Positions 63,059-64,000 of a stretch of DNA of 64,000 bases are shown piece by piece; position 1 is the stretch's first letter; each line of letters starts with the position of its first letter. Source of the stretch: Bacteroidota bacterium (GTDB lineage Bacteria; Bacteroidota; Bacteroidia; Bacteroidales; FEN-979); assembly GCA_037134895.1 (NCBI GenBank), contig JBAXLI010000013.1, positions 8,668-72,667 on the forward strand, written 5' to 3'. The position numbers and the translations under genes are program-made. Below the pieces are notes generated by a model. That model did no database searches. It was not told the DNA's origin and saw nothing but the letters and a program-made list of their open reading frames with translations.

Positions 63059-64000
63059 GCTCATGGTTCACGACTAATGTTTTCCGGCTAACCATAAGCA
63101 GTCCAACAAATGTAATAAATCCGTTAAGAATCAGCAGCTCAAAACCGAATTTATATCCACCAAATATCAACACCGAGTAGTTGCTGAGTACATAGCAGAT
63201 GCAAGGCGAAAGTACGGCTATACACGGGACCATTTTATCCCTGACCTGCCTGTGAGTAAAGAGCCCGAAGGCATATAAACCTAACAGAGGGCCATAGGTA
63301 TACCCCGCGACAGTGAACAGTTTATCGATAACTGCCCTGTCATTTATCGCCCTGAAAAGGATTATCACGCCAAGCAGGACCAGGGCAAAGGATACATGGA
63401 CCAGATACCTGATATTCTCCTTTTTTTTCTCATTGAGATTCTCTTTTTTCGGTAGACCAAGGAAGTCAATGCAGAAGGAGGTAGTAAGCGATGTGAGCGC
63501 ACCGTCAGCGCTTGGGTAAGCTGCAGAAATCAGCCCGATAATAAAGATAAGTGCAGCAGCCGGACCCAGATAATTAATGGCGACCATCGGGAACAGCTCA
63601 TCAGATCGGGCAGGCAGGGTTATTCCCCTGAAATCGGCGAAAAGAAAGAGTGTTGCACCGAGAAACAGGAAAATGAAATTAACGATCACGAGTACCCCGC
63701 TGAAAGTAAACATATTTTTCTGCGCATCTCGAAGGTTGCGGCAACTCAGGTTTTTCTGCATCATCTCCTGGTCAAGGCCGGTCATTACTATGGTGATGAA
63801 CATGCCGCTGAAAAACTGTTTCACGAAAAACCGGCGGTCACTCCAGTCATAATTGAAGATTTTTGTAAAGCCGTGGTCGACGGCTTTCTGAAAAAGCCCT
63901 GGCAGACTCAGGTCCATATTCCTGGCAATCAGGAAAACAGACAGGATCACGGCAAGTAACATAAAGGTGGTCTGAACTGTATCAGTCCAGATGATGGTCT
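63054..64000 (-). CDS. Sodium:solute symporter family protein, partial (5' end beyond the right edge)
   Basis: Multi-TM C-terminal portion. The reading frame stays open upstream of the track Met to position 64000 (...TIIWTDTVQTTFMLLAV). Confidence 0.7.
   Translation of the reverse strand, partial: TIIWTDTVQTTFMLLAVILSVFLIARNMDLSLPGLFQKAVDHGFTKIFNYDWSDRRFFVKQFFSGMFITIVMTGLDQEMMQKNLSCRNLRDAQKNMFTFSGVLVIVNFIFLFLGATLFLFADFRGITLPARSDELFPMVAINYLGPAAALIFIIGLISAAYPSADGALTSLTTSFCIDFLGLPKKENLNEKKKENIRYLVHVSFALVLLGVIILFRAINDRAVIDKLFTVAGYTYGPLLGLYAFGLFTHRQVRDKMVPCIAVLSPCICYVLSNYSVLIFGGYKFGFELLILNGFITFVGLLMVSRKTLVVNHEP

Noticed and set aside
1-64000. Mobile elements, prophage, defence systems, and tRNA or rRNA genes.
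   Set aside because: I found no transposase, integrase, recombinase, nuclease-ATPase defence modules, terminal inverted repeats or cloverleaf-like sequences in the intergenic regions I read.

Overview
This 64-kb chromosomal window most likely comes from an anaerobic member of Bacteroidota. That inference rests on a T9SS C-terminal sorting domain, a 729-aa type III glutamine synthetase, Omp85/DUF4136-type envelope genes and TAnnTTTG -7 promoter boxes. I support about 51 protein-coding genes. I saw no rRNA, tRNA, CRISPR array, transposase, integrase or phage genes. The right third (44-64 kb) is mainly housekeeping or sensory: two PocR-domain hybrid histidine kinases, crcB plus DUF190, pdxH, pntAA/AB/B, rarA, kdsA, GS-III and a sodium:solute symporter. 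The left and middle hold envelope genes, an arylsulfatase and a 25-kb uninterrupted minus-strand block (12.9-37.9 kb). Four things stand out. (1) There is an uncharacterised glycyl-radical-enzyme (GRE) operon at 17.1-22.3 kb. Its Cys loop (G-A-C-V-G-S) lacks the Glu of dehydratase/lyase-type GREs and matches neither the PFL nor the X-succinate synthase loop. It is co-encoded with a 4-Cys 179-aa protein, a PFK-fold protein with substituted catalytic residues, and an activase. (2) The operon has sulfur-themed neighbours: a cytoplasmic DszB-like (sulfinate desulfinase-like) protein, a CoA-disulfide/persulfide-reductase-rhodanese fusion, SulP anion transporters and an AI-2E permease. (3) A 20-bp palindrome (AATACTnA-N4-TnAGTATT) sits at a fixed 20-22 nt from a -7 box in front of seven operons in the first 38 kb, including the GRE operon. 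The divergently encoded PAS-LuxR regulator is the obvious candidate binder. (4) Heptanucleotide tandem arrays (CGTAATT family) abut the start codons of kdsA and glnN. All functional calls come from reading the translations and from remembered family motifs; no database search was run.
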